Shown here piece by piece: positions 1-10,482 of a stretch of DNA of 64,000 nt (positions are counted from its first letter, which is position 1; every line of letters starts with the position of its first letter). The stretch is from Raillietiella orientalis. Lineage: Eukaryota. A program made the translations under genes and the position numbers. The notes below the pieces were generated by a model. The model did not search any database. It saw nothing but the letters and a program-made list of their open reading frames with translations, and was not told where the DNA came from. The stretch is from positions 62,001 to 126,000 of the forward strand of contig JAYWIR010000091.1 of assembly GCA_036172245.1 (NCBI GenBank), written 5' to 3'.

Positions 1-874
1 CGGACGCCAAGGTGGCAAGTCTCCTGCTGCATCGAGGGACGCGAAAAGTTGATCAGCGGCTGGACAACAATAGAACTGGCAGACGCCACGACCCCGAGCG
101 TCCAGCCGCGAGGACTAAGAAGATGGGGCGAGCTGCTGGCCATCCCTATGGATGTGCTGAAGTGGCCCCCGCTTCTTCAGGAATCCAGGATCCTGCCTCT
201 TAAGTGGAAAGAGTCGGCGTTGCTGTTGTTGCATTGGGGTTTACCCTGCAACGCACGCCGCTCTCACTGGACAAGAGGAGTTGTGGATCCTGCGTGTGTC
301 AGGTGCGGAGAGCGGGAATCGCTCTCCCACCTTATTATGGACTGTGCTGCCCTTCGTCCCCTTTGGAAACGGTTTGGGACGATCCTCGGTCTCCCAACGG
401 GCAGTTCCCCTAGAGACGTTCTTCGGCCCCTCTTCGTGAAAGACGCCCTGCAGCCAGCCGCAGCCCTTGCAGCCTTGTGCTGCGTCCGAGGCATCGTGGC
501 GGCATGGAGCGACACCAACAAGGAAGGAGTGGTTCAACACGCGAGGGATGTCATCCCATATTCCCAATGCTTCTTGCGAAGAGCTGCCGGATGGCCCCAA
601 CTGGGGAATATGAGGACTCACCTCGAGGGCTTCGTTCGACGGATGGGCCCTCTCCACAGCGAACAGTGATCCCTTCCCTGCCCTCCAACTTCTTTTTGTT
701 TGTTTCTTTTTATTTTACTTTTTGTCTTATCCCCATCCCCCTTCGCTGTCGGGGAGTGCCACGCCGGGCTGCGTCCCGGTGTCCCGACAGGTCCTGTGTT
801 TACGGCCGTGGTGGGGCCTAGTACCACGCATGTAAAGTTGATTAATAAACGCCCCGGGCGTACCCGGGTGATAA
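1..874 (+). mobile_element. 3' part of an L1/Tx1-like LINE (probably family D): ORF2 C-terminus, T-rich 3' UTR and hairpin terminus
   Basis: ORF 49..669 has the zinc-finger pattern CVRCGERESLSHLIMDC. It ends AATAAA(844-849)CGCCCCGGGCGTACCCGGGTGATAA, the same end as 33630-33660. Confidence 0.85.
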
Positions 875-1297
875 CGCCGAATTCAAGGGGCAGGCGATCC
901 AGGGGCAACTGCTCACAGAACTCGCGGACGGATTCCTTAAAAAGATCTCAGTCCTGGAGATTCCGGAGCGTGACGCCTTTCAGGTATTCGCGAAGGTGTT
1001 CCTTCGCACCTGAGAGTCGCGTCCAGTCCCCCGGCAGACGCCAATCCCTGGATGGCGGTAATTAGTCGCGAGGCCGCTTCTCGAAAATTAGCCGGGAATA
1101 GTCCAACAACGTCGACACAACCCTCCCCCGTTTGCCGACGCGTGAACACAGGTCAGCGTCCAGGAAGACGTGGTCGATGCTGCGGACCATTCCTCTCTCA
1201 CCCGCGAACAAGTTGCGCGCACGCATCGTGGCGCACAACCCGTTCATCGCGTTCACATGTGTTTCCGGCTCACCTGTTAGCAGGCGGACATTGAAAT
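875..1297 (-). pseudogene. Family D ORF2 endonuclease C-terminal half, continuing the host split at 7205
   Basis: Reads FNVRLLTGEPETHVNAMN...SIDHVFLD...LPLDRLPLEFG. Colinear with the uninterrupted paralog at 44950-45375. Confidence 0.85.
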
Positions 1298-1610
1298 TTA
1301 TCACCCGGTCACGCCGGGGCGTTTATGAATAATAATAAACTGGTCAGGGACAATGTCCTTAACCAACAGAACGACAGAGAACATAGAAAAATTACCGGCA
1401 CGCAGGCCTGGTAAACAAACCGCTCGCAGCGCGGGAGGAATGAGGGGAAACAAACAAAAATCAAAAACTGGAGGGAAGGGTAACGGGTTTTTGGTTAGGC
1501 TCCGTACTCACGGGGATTTATACGATGAGCACCTAACATGTTCCGGAGCCAATGGGGATGCGGGTGTAAAAAGAAAATACAAATTTAGTTTATGGAGGGT
1601 AGGGCAATGA

Positions 1611-4600
1611 TCACCGGGTTGTCCGCTGATGAGGGTGTGTCAACCGGTGGTGTATTGCGGCGAGATTCCTCTTTGTCTCCTCTGTCAAATGAGGCCATCT
1701 AGCGGATGCTCCCATGTAGAAGGATGCTTTGCTGATTACCTCTTGGTGCTGTCCGTTGATTACCAACGCCTGGCGGACGGAAACTATCGCGCGTATGCAA
1801 CCGATGGTTGCAATCCTTGCGCTTAGTGAAAGCCCGCTCGGCGTGAAGAATCGTCGCAGAAAGTCTCTTGCGGTGTCCACGGGATGCAATAGTGCTGTTG
1901 CCAGCCTACGCCACAGTCCTTGTAGGACACCGCAGTCCAGAAGTAGGTGCGGAATCGACTCCGTCGATCCGCACCGAACGCAGTTCTCAGACGCAAGTCC
2001 CCCGGAGTCACGATGCCAACGCTCGTTGCACTGAAAACCCCAGTGAACGAAAACCAGCACGGCTTGTTTCCAAGCAAGGGGGAGCAGCGAACTGTCCATA
2101 CACTGTGGAGGGACTACAAGTTCTTCGGGGGTGACAGCAAGTTCTTCTGTCCACCGGAGGAGTCCCTTTGCAGTAACACGAGGAGTGGCGGCGTCCGCCA
2201 ACTCACTCGTCTTCCAGGCGCCAAGGATTTTGGTTTTCCCGCTATCGTGCAGGAAACCTCCCACCTCGCCAGTTGGTAACTGTCGTTTTTTGCCCTGAGG
2301 GCAGACAGCGCTGCGGCAAGAGGCGTGGCAGCAAGGGTAGAAAACTTCACCTCGTCCTGCAGTACTTCTCCCAAGGATCGTGGAAAAAATTGGCGCAGGG
2401 GGCGAAGATCTTCAGGGCGTATTCCTTGGAACGCCGCCCAGGATTCAACAGACTCCTGCCGCCAAGCTTCAAAGTTCATTGGGCGGCAGGAGATCCAAGG
2501 GTGTGCTTCCAGAAGTGCGGTCAACTGCCGCAATGGAAACCCGAAACCCCGCTTCCTGTATTGAGTACCCGGCAAAAGCGAGAGAAATCCTCCGCTGCCG
2601 GCGCATCTCCGCAGGAGAATGCGAACTTGCACACACAGGGGGGATGTCCATTGCTGGGCACACAGTGCCAGCAGTCGGAACTGCACCTGCAGTCCGATTC
2701 GCTCCATTGTCAAGATACCCAAACCACCATCCAGACGCGGAGCTAAGAAATCTATAAGGCGGATCCTAGGTCTCGCCGGACCCCAGAGAGCGTTCCTGAG
2801 CAGGCGCTTAGCCCGCTGTTTTGCCGCATAGGGGGGGTCCAAAACAAAAAACAGGGGAGGGAGGAGGGAGGCCACAAAGGTGTTCCAAATAGTCGCCCGT
2901 TCCTGCAAGGTAAACTTGCCGTTAAAGAACGGGCTGATGGCCAACTCTGCTTTCTGAAGACAGTCCGCCCACGCTTCGGCTGCGCCGAAAGCGCCCAACG
3001 GAACGCCAAGGTACTTAAAGTACCCGCCCGTGGGGATATCCAGGCGGATCCAGTCGGACTGCCCCTCCCACGACGTACCCACAGGAACGACCACGCTCTT
3101 CTCTCTGTTCACGCTCACGCCCGCTCCCCGACGAATCAGGTCGAAGAAATCCTCGACACTGGACGCCGGGGTGGACATGGGGAGCAGAAGAAGCAGTTCA
3201 TCAGCGTAGGCGGCCACGGCAGGCGTTCCCGGGCAGGAGCTTGGCAAGTAAGACAGCGTCAGCCTGTATGCTCTTAGCACCAACTCAAAGAAGATGCTGA
3301 AGAGCAACGGGATTAAGCTGTCGCCCTGTCGGATGCCCCTACGAACGGGAATACCATACACGCGGCAGCCGCTAAAAGTGATGCAGGTTAGCGCGTGGCG
3401 CCAGCACGCGCGCAAATACAGCAGGAGTTGCGCCGGGAACCCAAGGCGTTCCATAAGCTCCAAAAGCAGCTTCTGGTTTACGCAGTCGAACGCCTTGCGG
3501 AGATCGACGGCGACCGCCAAAGCACCTATCGTTCCCTTCTTCCGTCGGCGCCTGTTTTTCTTGCCTGCGGCAGTGACTTTAGCGGCAGCCTGGCTTTGCT
3601 GCGCCACAACTTCCTGCAGCTGCATCCATGTACGCGCGAAAAGGATGTTCGCCTCCATGGACTGTCCCGGAACCGCGTAGGTTTGTTCCGGGCTCACCAC
3701 AGATTCCGCGATTCTTCCTAACCGCGCGACCCACAGCTTGGAAAACAACTTGACGTCCGAGTTCACCAAGGTGATTGGACGCCAGTTGTTAAGTTGGCGC
3801 AAGTCTCCGCCTTTCGGCAGGAGACGCACCTTCGCTGAGCGGAAGGAATCAGGGACATTCCCGGATTCACTCATCAGCGTCGCCAGTTTCAGCATCAAGG
3901 GAATCAGCTCCACTGCAAAGCACTGATAAAACTCTGCAGGGAGCCCATTCTCGCCTGGCGCCTTTCGTCTCTTCAACTTAGCGATGGCGGACGAAAATTC
4001 ATCCGCCGTGAAGGGCTCGTCGAGACGTTCGCGCTCCTCCTCGCCGACAACACGAGCATCCTGAGACAGGAATATCTCAGAAAGAATATCCTCCGTCGGG
4101 GATTCCGCGTAGAGCGAGGAGTAGTAGCGTGTCACAATGGGGCGTACTTCGGCTGGGGCCGAGCATTCCTGGCCCTTGTCGTCCAACAGGCATGCTGCTC
4201 CGGACTGCCAGACCTGGCGCTCGGCCGTCGCCTTGTACTCTGCAAGACGCCCGACATCCGCGCGTCTCGAAAACGTGCGGGCCTGCAGAAAGTCTTTACT
4301 GTTGGCCACGCCCTCTCCGAAACCGCGTGGAAGCCGGTGCAAGGAGAATTGGCAACAGTACTCGCGGACAGATCTTTTGAGATCGTCCCAGTCCGCAAGT
4401 TCTTGAATGGCAAAGCCCCGGAGGTATTCACGTAGATGCTTCGCAGCCTCCGGTTGGCTAAGCCAATCCGCCTGCATCCTCCAGCTTTGCAACGGAGGCC
4501 CCCTGCCTGGCGGAAGGATCTCAAACTCCAACCTGTGGTGGTCAGAAAGCCTAGTCAACAATCTTCCTCTCCTACCCACACGCGAATGCAGGTTTTCCTC

Positions 4601-5203
4601 GAGGAAAACGTGATCGAGCGATCTTTCCATTCCAGGTTCGCTGACCATCAAGTTGGCGGCGTGCACGGACGCGCACATCTCGTTGGGCAGCGCGCGCTTC
4701 CTCGCGCGGCTCCAATCGTCGGAGAGCAGGCGGACGTTGAAGTCCCCAGCGACGAGGTGCGCCACTTGGAAGCCGGAGTTGTTGAGCCACTGGCTCTGCA
4801 CCTCACCAAAGAAAGCTACTCTTTCTTCGAGGTAGCGAGAGCCACTCGGCGCGTAGACGTTCGTAACGACGAGATCGATGGACTCGGACCACTTGATGAC
4901 AAGCTGGCCTATCCGTCCGTTGTCATCGAAACGAACACTACGCACCGCTACCGCCATTTTTCCTCTTACGAGGAACGCGACGCCGCACGTGTGTGCGCCG
5001 CCGCACCGCCAATGTAGCGTTCCCCCTGCGCGCATCTCCATTTCGGCTGCCTGCTCGTCGGAGATTACGTGAATCTCCTGCAGCAGCGCGAGGTCGAAGG
5101 GGCGCAGGGCGTTGGCTACTAATCGCCTCTTCTCGTCGTTCTGCAGTCCGTTCACGTTCCAACACGTTACGGACAGACGACGAGAAGACGCGATTCCCCG
5201 CAT
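1611..5203 (-). pseudogene. ORF2p (APE endonuclease, RT, zinc finger), family A, disabled
   Basis: Motifs WNVNGL, LQEIH, NVYAP, GDFN, LDH, SDH, KAPGENG, NWRPITL, DLRKAFD, GIRQGD, KYLG. YADE replaces YADD, and a frameshift near 2220-2260 leads into ORF 1611..2264. Confidence 0.92.
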
Positions 5204-7125
5204 TACTGCTGGGAAGGTGGCAGCTTTTTGCTCGCTTTATCCGGCGAGCAGACGGCGAGCAGCACGATTGGCTGGAGGGGACGGTCGCCACCGTCCTCTG
5301 TCGTGCTGCATGCATGTAATGCCTCCACGCCAGGCTTAACCCCGTCGGGTTTCGTGGAGACTTCGCGTTGCTTCGCGGCGAGCGTTGCCTGGCTGCCTAC
5401 TTTTGATCGGCGCGCACACGCTTTCGAACGAGTTGTCCTCGTCTCGGTGATCGGAACGGCATCCATTTCGGAGTCCGACCGGCGCATGTTCGATCGGGTT
5501 TCGGCCTTCCGCGAAGCAGTGACAGGTTCTGCTGGATTGACAGCTGTTCTGTTTTCGTTTTCCGTCACCAGAGCATCGCTTTTGGTGACGGCTGCTTTCC
5601 CGGCGCGCGCGTTTTCAGCGTGCTCACGCGCAGTTGCACGAGGGACCTTTGCTGAAGTCTTCTTTACTTCATTACGGTTCCTCACTTCGCGTGGCGCCGT
5701 AAATGGAGATCGTGCTCCATGGCCATCTTTGAAGCCATCCGCGTCTTTGGACGGGAGCACTTTCGATGGCTCCGACACGCTCGTCATGGACGCTGCCTTC
5801 GGAAGGGCTTTTAATCCCTTCGTTGGCATGGCATCCGCGCCAGTCGAGAGCTTGCTCTCCGACTGCAACGGCGTGAGATTTTTCTCCGCTTTCGCGGTGT
5901 TGGATCGCGACGCGGATTTTTTTTTGCCGACTTTCGAAGTCGACACGGCACAACCCTTCTTACCCGATTTGGGCTTCTCAGCCACTGCAGGAGGTGAAGG
6001 AATGGATCTGACGGTACTGGAAGTGTTCTTACCGCCGTTGTCCATTGACGTCTTCGCCGGTTGTTCGAACTCCGAAAGAGCCGGGCGTGCTTGGGAAGGA
6101 CAGCTAATGCGCCTAGGGGGACTTACCATTGCCCCGGATTCCCCGCACCCTTTCTTTTGCGGCTTCCCTGCCGCGCGAGGGGGTGCGCAGGGCTTCGCTT
6201 GCGAGGTTTCCTGCTGCTTTGGGGCGACATTCCGCCTCGCGTTTTTACCGAATTTCTGCCGTGGGGTCACCAGGTTTTTCGCAGATGTTTTTTTTTTATC
6301 GGCGCTTTGTTTTCTAGGATGGAGCTTCGCGGCTGCCTTTTTTCGCAAAAGATCCGGGCAATTTTTCAATTGGTGCCCGGATAGTTTGCAATAACGGCAT
6401 TTTCCAGAGGGGCATTTATTTAAACAATGCCCTGCCTTCCCGCATTGCTCGCAGGTTTTTACTTTGCCCACGAACCACAGGTGAACGACCGTGTCTTTCA
6501 CCTGTAGTTTGGTGGGCAGCAGACGGCGGTCGGGCATTGTAAGCCGGACTCCAGCGACTCCGCTGTGTATGGACGGGAAGTCCTTGAGGTTGCTACGCAC
6601 CCTCCACAGCGCATGGACCTTGGCGAATTTCGCTAACGCGTTCCGAATATCAGTATCGGAGATTTCCGACTCGATGTCGAAAATCTCCACCACAAATGAG
6701 TCGTCCATGGCGGCCGGGAAGACCTTCTGGCCACGGATCGACAACGGGGTGCGCAGCAAGCGTTGCACAAGTGCAGCGTCTTTGCAACGCACCTTGAAAT
6801 AGCCCATGTCTTTTACGGGCATAATGGCGAGAAGGTCCTCCTCCCGCACGCCAACACGGGTCAGTTCATCGTTGAACTGATTCCCGTAGCGCGCAGAAAG
6901 AAAACCACTCACCTTATATCGGAGAGCAGGTCTATAGCCTTGGGCTACGTATGCCCGCAACTCCGACTCGTCGAGTGGTTTCCCTTCGACGGCTGCTGTG
7001 GCAGCAACGTCAGCAAAACTCCTCTCCATTGGCGAGAAAGACAAAGTGGAGGCGGCCGTAGGTTCCGCGATTGCAGATCCGGATGCTGTTCCTCCAACTT
7101 CAGTAGCTTCAAGTTGGGTCGACAT
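5203..7125 (-). CDS. ORF1p, gag-like nucleic-acid-binding protein with two CCHC knuckles (family A)
   Basis: Open frame with likely ATG at 7125 (MSTQLE). Motifs CEQCGKAGHCLNKC and CRYCKLSGHQLKNC, followed by a K/A/S-rich tail. Confidence 0.85.
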   Translation of the reverse strand: MSTQLEATEVGGTASGSAIAEPTAASTLSFSPMERSFADVAATAAVEGKPLDESELRAYVAQGYRPALRYKVSGFLSARYGNQFNDELTRVGVREEDLLAIMPVKDMGYFKVRCKDAALVQRLLRTPLSIRGQKVFPAAMDDSFVVEIFDIESEISDTDIRNALAKFAKVHALWRVRSNLKDFPSIHSGVAGVRLTMPDRRLLPTKLQVKDTVVHLWFVGKVKTCEQCGKAGHCLNKCPSGKCRYCKLSGHQLKNCPDLLRKKAAAKLHPRKQSADKKKTSAKNLVTPRQKFGKNARRNVAPKQQETSQAKPCAPPRAAGKPQKKGCGESGAMVSPPRRISCPSQARPALSEFEQPAKTSMDNGGKNTSSTVRSIPSPPAVAEKPKSGKKGCAVSTSKVGKKKSASRSNTAKAEKNLTPLQSESKLSTGADAMPTKGLKALPKAASMTSVSEPSKVLPSKDADGFKDGHGARSPFTAPREVRNRNEVKKTSAKVPRATAREHAENARAGKAAVTKSDALVTENENRTAVNPAEPVTASRKAETRSNMRRSDSEMDAVPITETRTTRSKACARRSKVGSQATLAAKQREVSTKPDGVKPGVEALHACSTTEDGGDRPLQPIVLLAVCSPDKASKKLPPSQQ

Positions 7126-7204
7126 CGTCGTCAAAATGTACGACGCCAAGATGAAGCGGATGAAAGCACGGAGACGAGAGCGAAGAAACACACGTCCGCA
7201 CTCG

Positions 7205-9638
7205 ATTGAAATCTCCCGGTATCAGGTGAGCCTTTCGCACATTGGTATCCGCCAGCCAGTCGCGCTTCAGGGTTTCCAACAGCCTGGTGCGGTCGCGGTA
7301 ACCCTGTTTGCGGCTGGGGCCATATACGTTTGTGACGATTAGGTCGATCGAGTCGCACCAGCTGAGAAACAGCTGACGGATCCGACTATCGTCATCAAAC
7401 CACACGCCTTTTACGGCAGCGTCGATGACCGGCTTCACGAAGAACGCGACCCCGGTGGTGTTGCGGATGCCGCATTGCCAGTACAGCGGACCCCCCGCTA
7501 TCGTCTCGATCTCCTGGACGTCTGCCGCGGTGATCACGTGCATCTCCTGCAACAGGGCCAGATCCAACTCCCGCAGGGTGTCTTCTGTATCTCGCCAGTT
7601 ACCGCCGTGGCGCAGCCCGTTGACGTTCCAACAGGCCGCGCGAATCCGAAGGCGACAGGCGAGTCCAGGTGTTAGTCCTGGGAAAACGGCGATGCGGCGT
7701 CTGCCACCTGCTGGGGCGGGACGATAGGTGGAGGGGGAGGGGGGACAGGTACTGAAGGCACCTGTTCCTCGTCCTCCATCGATGGCGGCGCGTCGGCCGG
7801 ATCACCCGCAGGTGGAGTCGCGCCTACCTGTTCGCCTTCCTCCATGGGTTCGAACTGCTCAGGTTTCGCGACGGCAGGGAGGACTTCACCCCCCTGCTCT
7901 CCCTCCTCCATGGGGGTGGGCGACTCGACGGCTTCCGGGCGTGGGTACTCCCCCTCCGGGATTCCCACGCTGCCGCTTCCTTCCGGTTTCTCCTCCCCGC
8001 TGGTGGAGGGGAGGCGCCTCCTGGGTTTCTGGGACTTGCGTCCCGACTTCCTGGGGAGGGCCTCCGAGGAGGAGGATCCGCTTGCGGCCCCCAGGTCGCA
8101 CTCACCTGCGGGGGCCTTGGTCGTCGGAGCCGACTTGCGTACGCCCTTGCGCGACGGGGTTTTGCGCTTGGCGAGCGTTGCTGCGAGCTCCTCCGCCGCT
8201 TTCTCGACGGCCGCGTCTTCGCCAGCGGCAACCGTTGCCGCGGGCTGCTCCGCGAGCTTATCGAGCGCGGAGTCATCGCTGACGGCGAACGTTGTCGCGG
8301 GCTCCTCCGCGACTTTATCGAGCGCGGCGTCCTGGCTGTCGGCGCGCGAGTCTCGCGTCTCACCCTCTAAACGTAGAATGGGCTCGTCCACCCGAGTACT
8401 TATCGCGTCCGGAGCAGCTGTTCCGCGAACATTGCCGAGGGCGGACTCGGCAGGAACGGCTAAGCGTTCCAGTGCCACCGAGCATTCGCGGAGTTTTTTT
8501 TTTGAAAGCGGCGCGGCTTTTTTCTTGTTGCCGGCAGTTTTCTTCTCCGAATTTTCTTCTATCATCACTTTCTTTTTTTTCTCTTTTCTGGCCTGAACCA
8601 GCTGCCAACCCTCCTCCATTCCCGCGTCCACGGGAGCTCTTTCCTCTGACGTCTGTACGGGAGGAAGGGAGGCTGGCAGTTGGGAACGGCCATTTTCGCT
8701 AGCTGGTCTTTCTACCAGCTTTCCACGTTTTCCCTGCGCCTTTTTGGCGGCAGTGGGCACCGGGGTGGGGCGCTTCAAGCTCACGCGCCGAACGTGACCC
8801 TTTTCGCCGCATTTGGCACACAATGTTCGGGCACCTTTCTCGTAGATGCCCTACTGCATTGCAGTAGCCACAAAATTGGCGTTTCCCCACGTACCAGAGG
8901 TCCACCGCTTCTTGGCAGACCTCCAGCTTGTGGGGAAGCGCACCACCCTCTTTTACTGTGATACGGGCCGCAGCTTGACCTCCGAAAAGGCTATTGTAGC
9001 CTTGGAAAATCGTGGACTTCGGCCACAACGCGTGCACTTCTCCGTGCTTTTGTAGCTGTTCTCGAACCGCTGACCTCGTCATGCGACTGGAGATCCCAGT
9101 GAGATGGACCACCACCGAGCGGTCCATCGTTATCGGCAAGATCTTCCGACCATCAACGATCAGCGGGTCGGTGATCAGGTGTCGGGCCAAGGTGATATCC
9201 TTGCATACCACGTCGACCCGCTGCCCGCCGCTGAGGACGCAGAGGCCGTCCAGATCTTTTTCGAAAATATTGGCGTTTTGCAGCGCCTTCGTAAAGGCGC
9301 GTGCAGTTCGTTCATCGAAAAGGTTGCCTACCTTGTAGACTAGCGAGGGTTTATACCCCGCTTTCTTGTAGGCTTCCATCTCGGCCATGGCTTCCACGCT
9401 AGGCGCGGCAACCATGGCTCTCCATGACCTCGGCGTCGCCGGGGACGATTCCGGGGCGGATGCCCTTAATCCAGTAGGCTGTGGGGACGAACAAGCCTCC
9501 ATCACGCCTACTTCCATCGCGGTGTCCTTTGGCAACGCTGCCATCGGACACCGACGATGTGCACGCACAAATCACTCAAGAAGAAAAAACGCTCGCTTTG
9601 TCACGCAGGCGGAGCGCAGGAAAAGCACGTCCGCTCTC
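7205..9638 (-). mobile_element. 5' part of a family D LINE: frameshifted ORF1 (about 9544-7672) and EN N-terminal half
   Basis: 5' motif GAGAGCGGACGTG at 9638-9626. Knuckles CGYCNAVGHLRERC and CAKCGEKGH. EN motifs CWNVNGL, LQEMH, NVYGP, GDFN. Confidence 0.87.
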
Positions 9639-10482
9639 CACAGCGGAGATTTGGCGAGGGAGTCAGGAACGAGCGGGCATATCTTTAGTCCCGCGGTCAT
9701 TCCAGGCGTCCCAAAGTCCGACGCCTGTCAGAATTTAAGGCTGTGGCGGAGAGGCAGGCCTGGCAGTCAGGCTCGGCTGGCTTGCTGGTCCATCAGGGCC
9801 AAGACCGCTCGATCCCAGGTCACGTAATCCGCATCGTGCGGGAGTTCTATTCCTCCTTTTACGCGCCACTAACACCGGAGCCTCATTTCGCGCAGCGCCT
9901 GCTGACGCATGGCCTCCCTGTTCTCAAGTAGGAGAATCGTTTCAGGTTGGCAGAACCGTTCACGATGCTAGTGGTCGTCTCTGTCATCAGCAGGCTGGAG
10001 AATAGGTAGGCACCAGGAGAGGACAGACTGCCCGAGGAGCTTTACAAACACTTCGCGCCAGAGCTGGCCTTCCTGGTGCTTACATTAAGTACGCTGATCC
10101 GCGAACACAAGGAAGTTCTCGCCTTGTTCCGGTCAGCAAAAGTACGTCTCCTGCCGAAGTCAGGACACTTACGCAACATTGGCAACTGACGTCCCATCAC
10201 GGTGATGAATGCGGACGCAAGGCTGCATGCCATGTTGTGGACTGAGCGTTTGGGGCGGGTGGTTGCTTCCGTGATCAGTCCGAAGCAGACCTACGCTGTT
10301 CCGCGACGAAGCATGGAGTCAAATCTGCTCCTCGCCAGCACATAGTAGCAGTTGCGACAAGGCAATGCCTAGGAAAGTTAAGGGAGTCTTGCGCTCCTCT
10401 CTGACCAGAAACATCGGATGGAGGGTAGAAGGGACCTTGCGGAAGCCCTTGCAGTCGCGGTCGACTCTCACAAAGCATTCGA
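9639..10482 (+). pseudogene. Decayed ORF2 fragment (linker to RT KAFD) of an E-like LINE
   Basis: Reads FGEGVRNERAYL, AERQAWQSG, FRSAKVRLLPK, VAVDSHKAFD, with many stops. Confidence 0.8.

Larger units (their letters stand above)
1298..7204 (-). mobile_element. Full-length L1/Tx1-like LINE, family A (about 5.9 kb), with an 8-bp TSD
   Basis: TSD ATTGAAAT at 1290-1297 and 7205-7212. 5' end CGAGTGCGGACGTG; 3' end ATAAACGCCCCGGCGTGACCGGGTGATAA. Contains ORF1 and ORF2. Confidence 0.92.

Noticed and set aside
3196..3212. YADE in place of YADD as a novel RT active site
   Set aside because: Other copies have YADD (53245, 40950), and this copy has further lesions, so it is decay.
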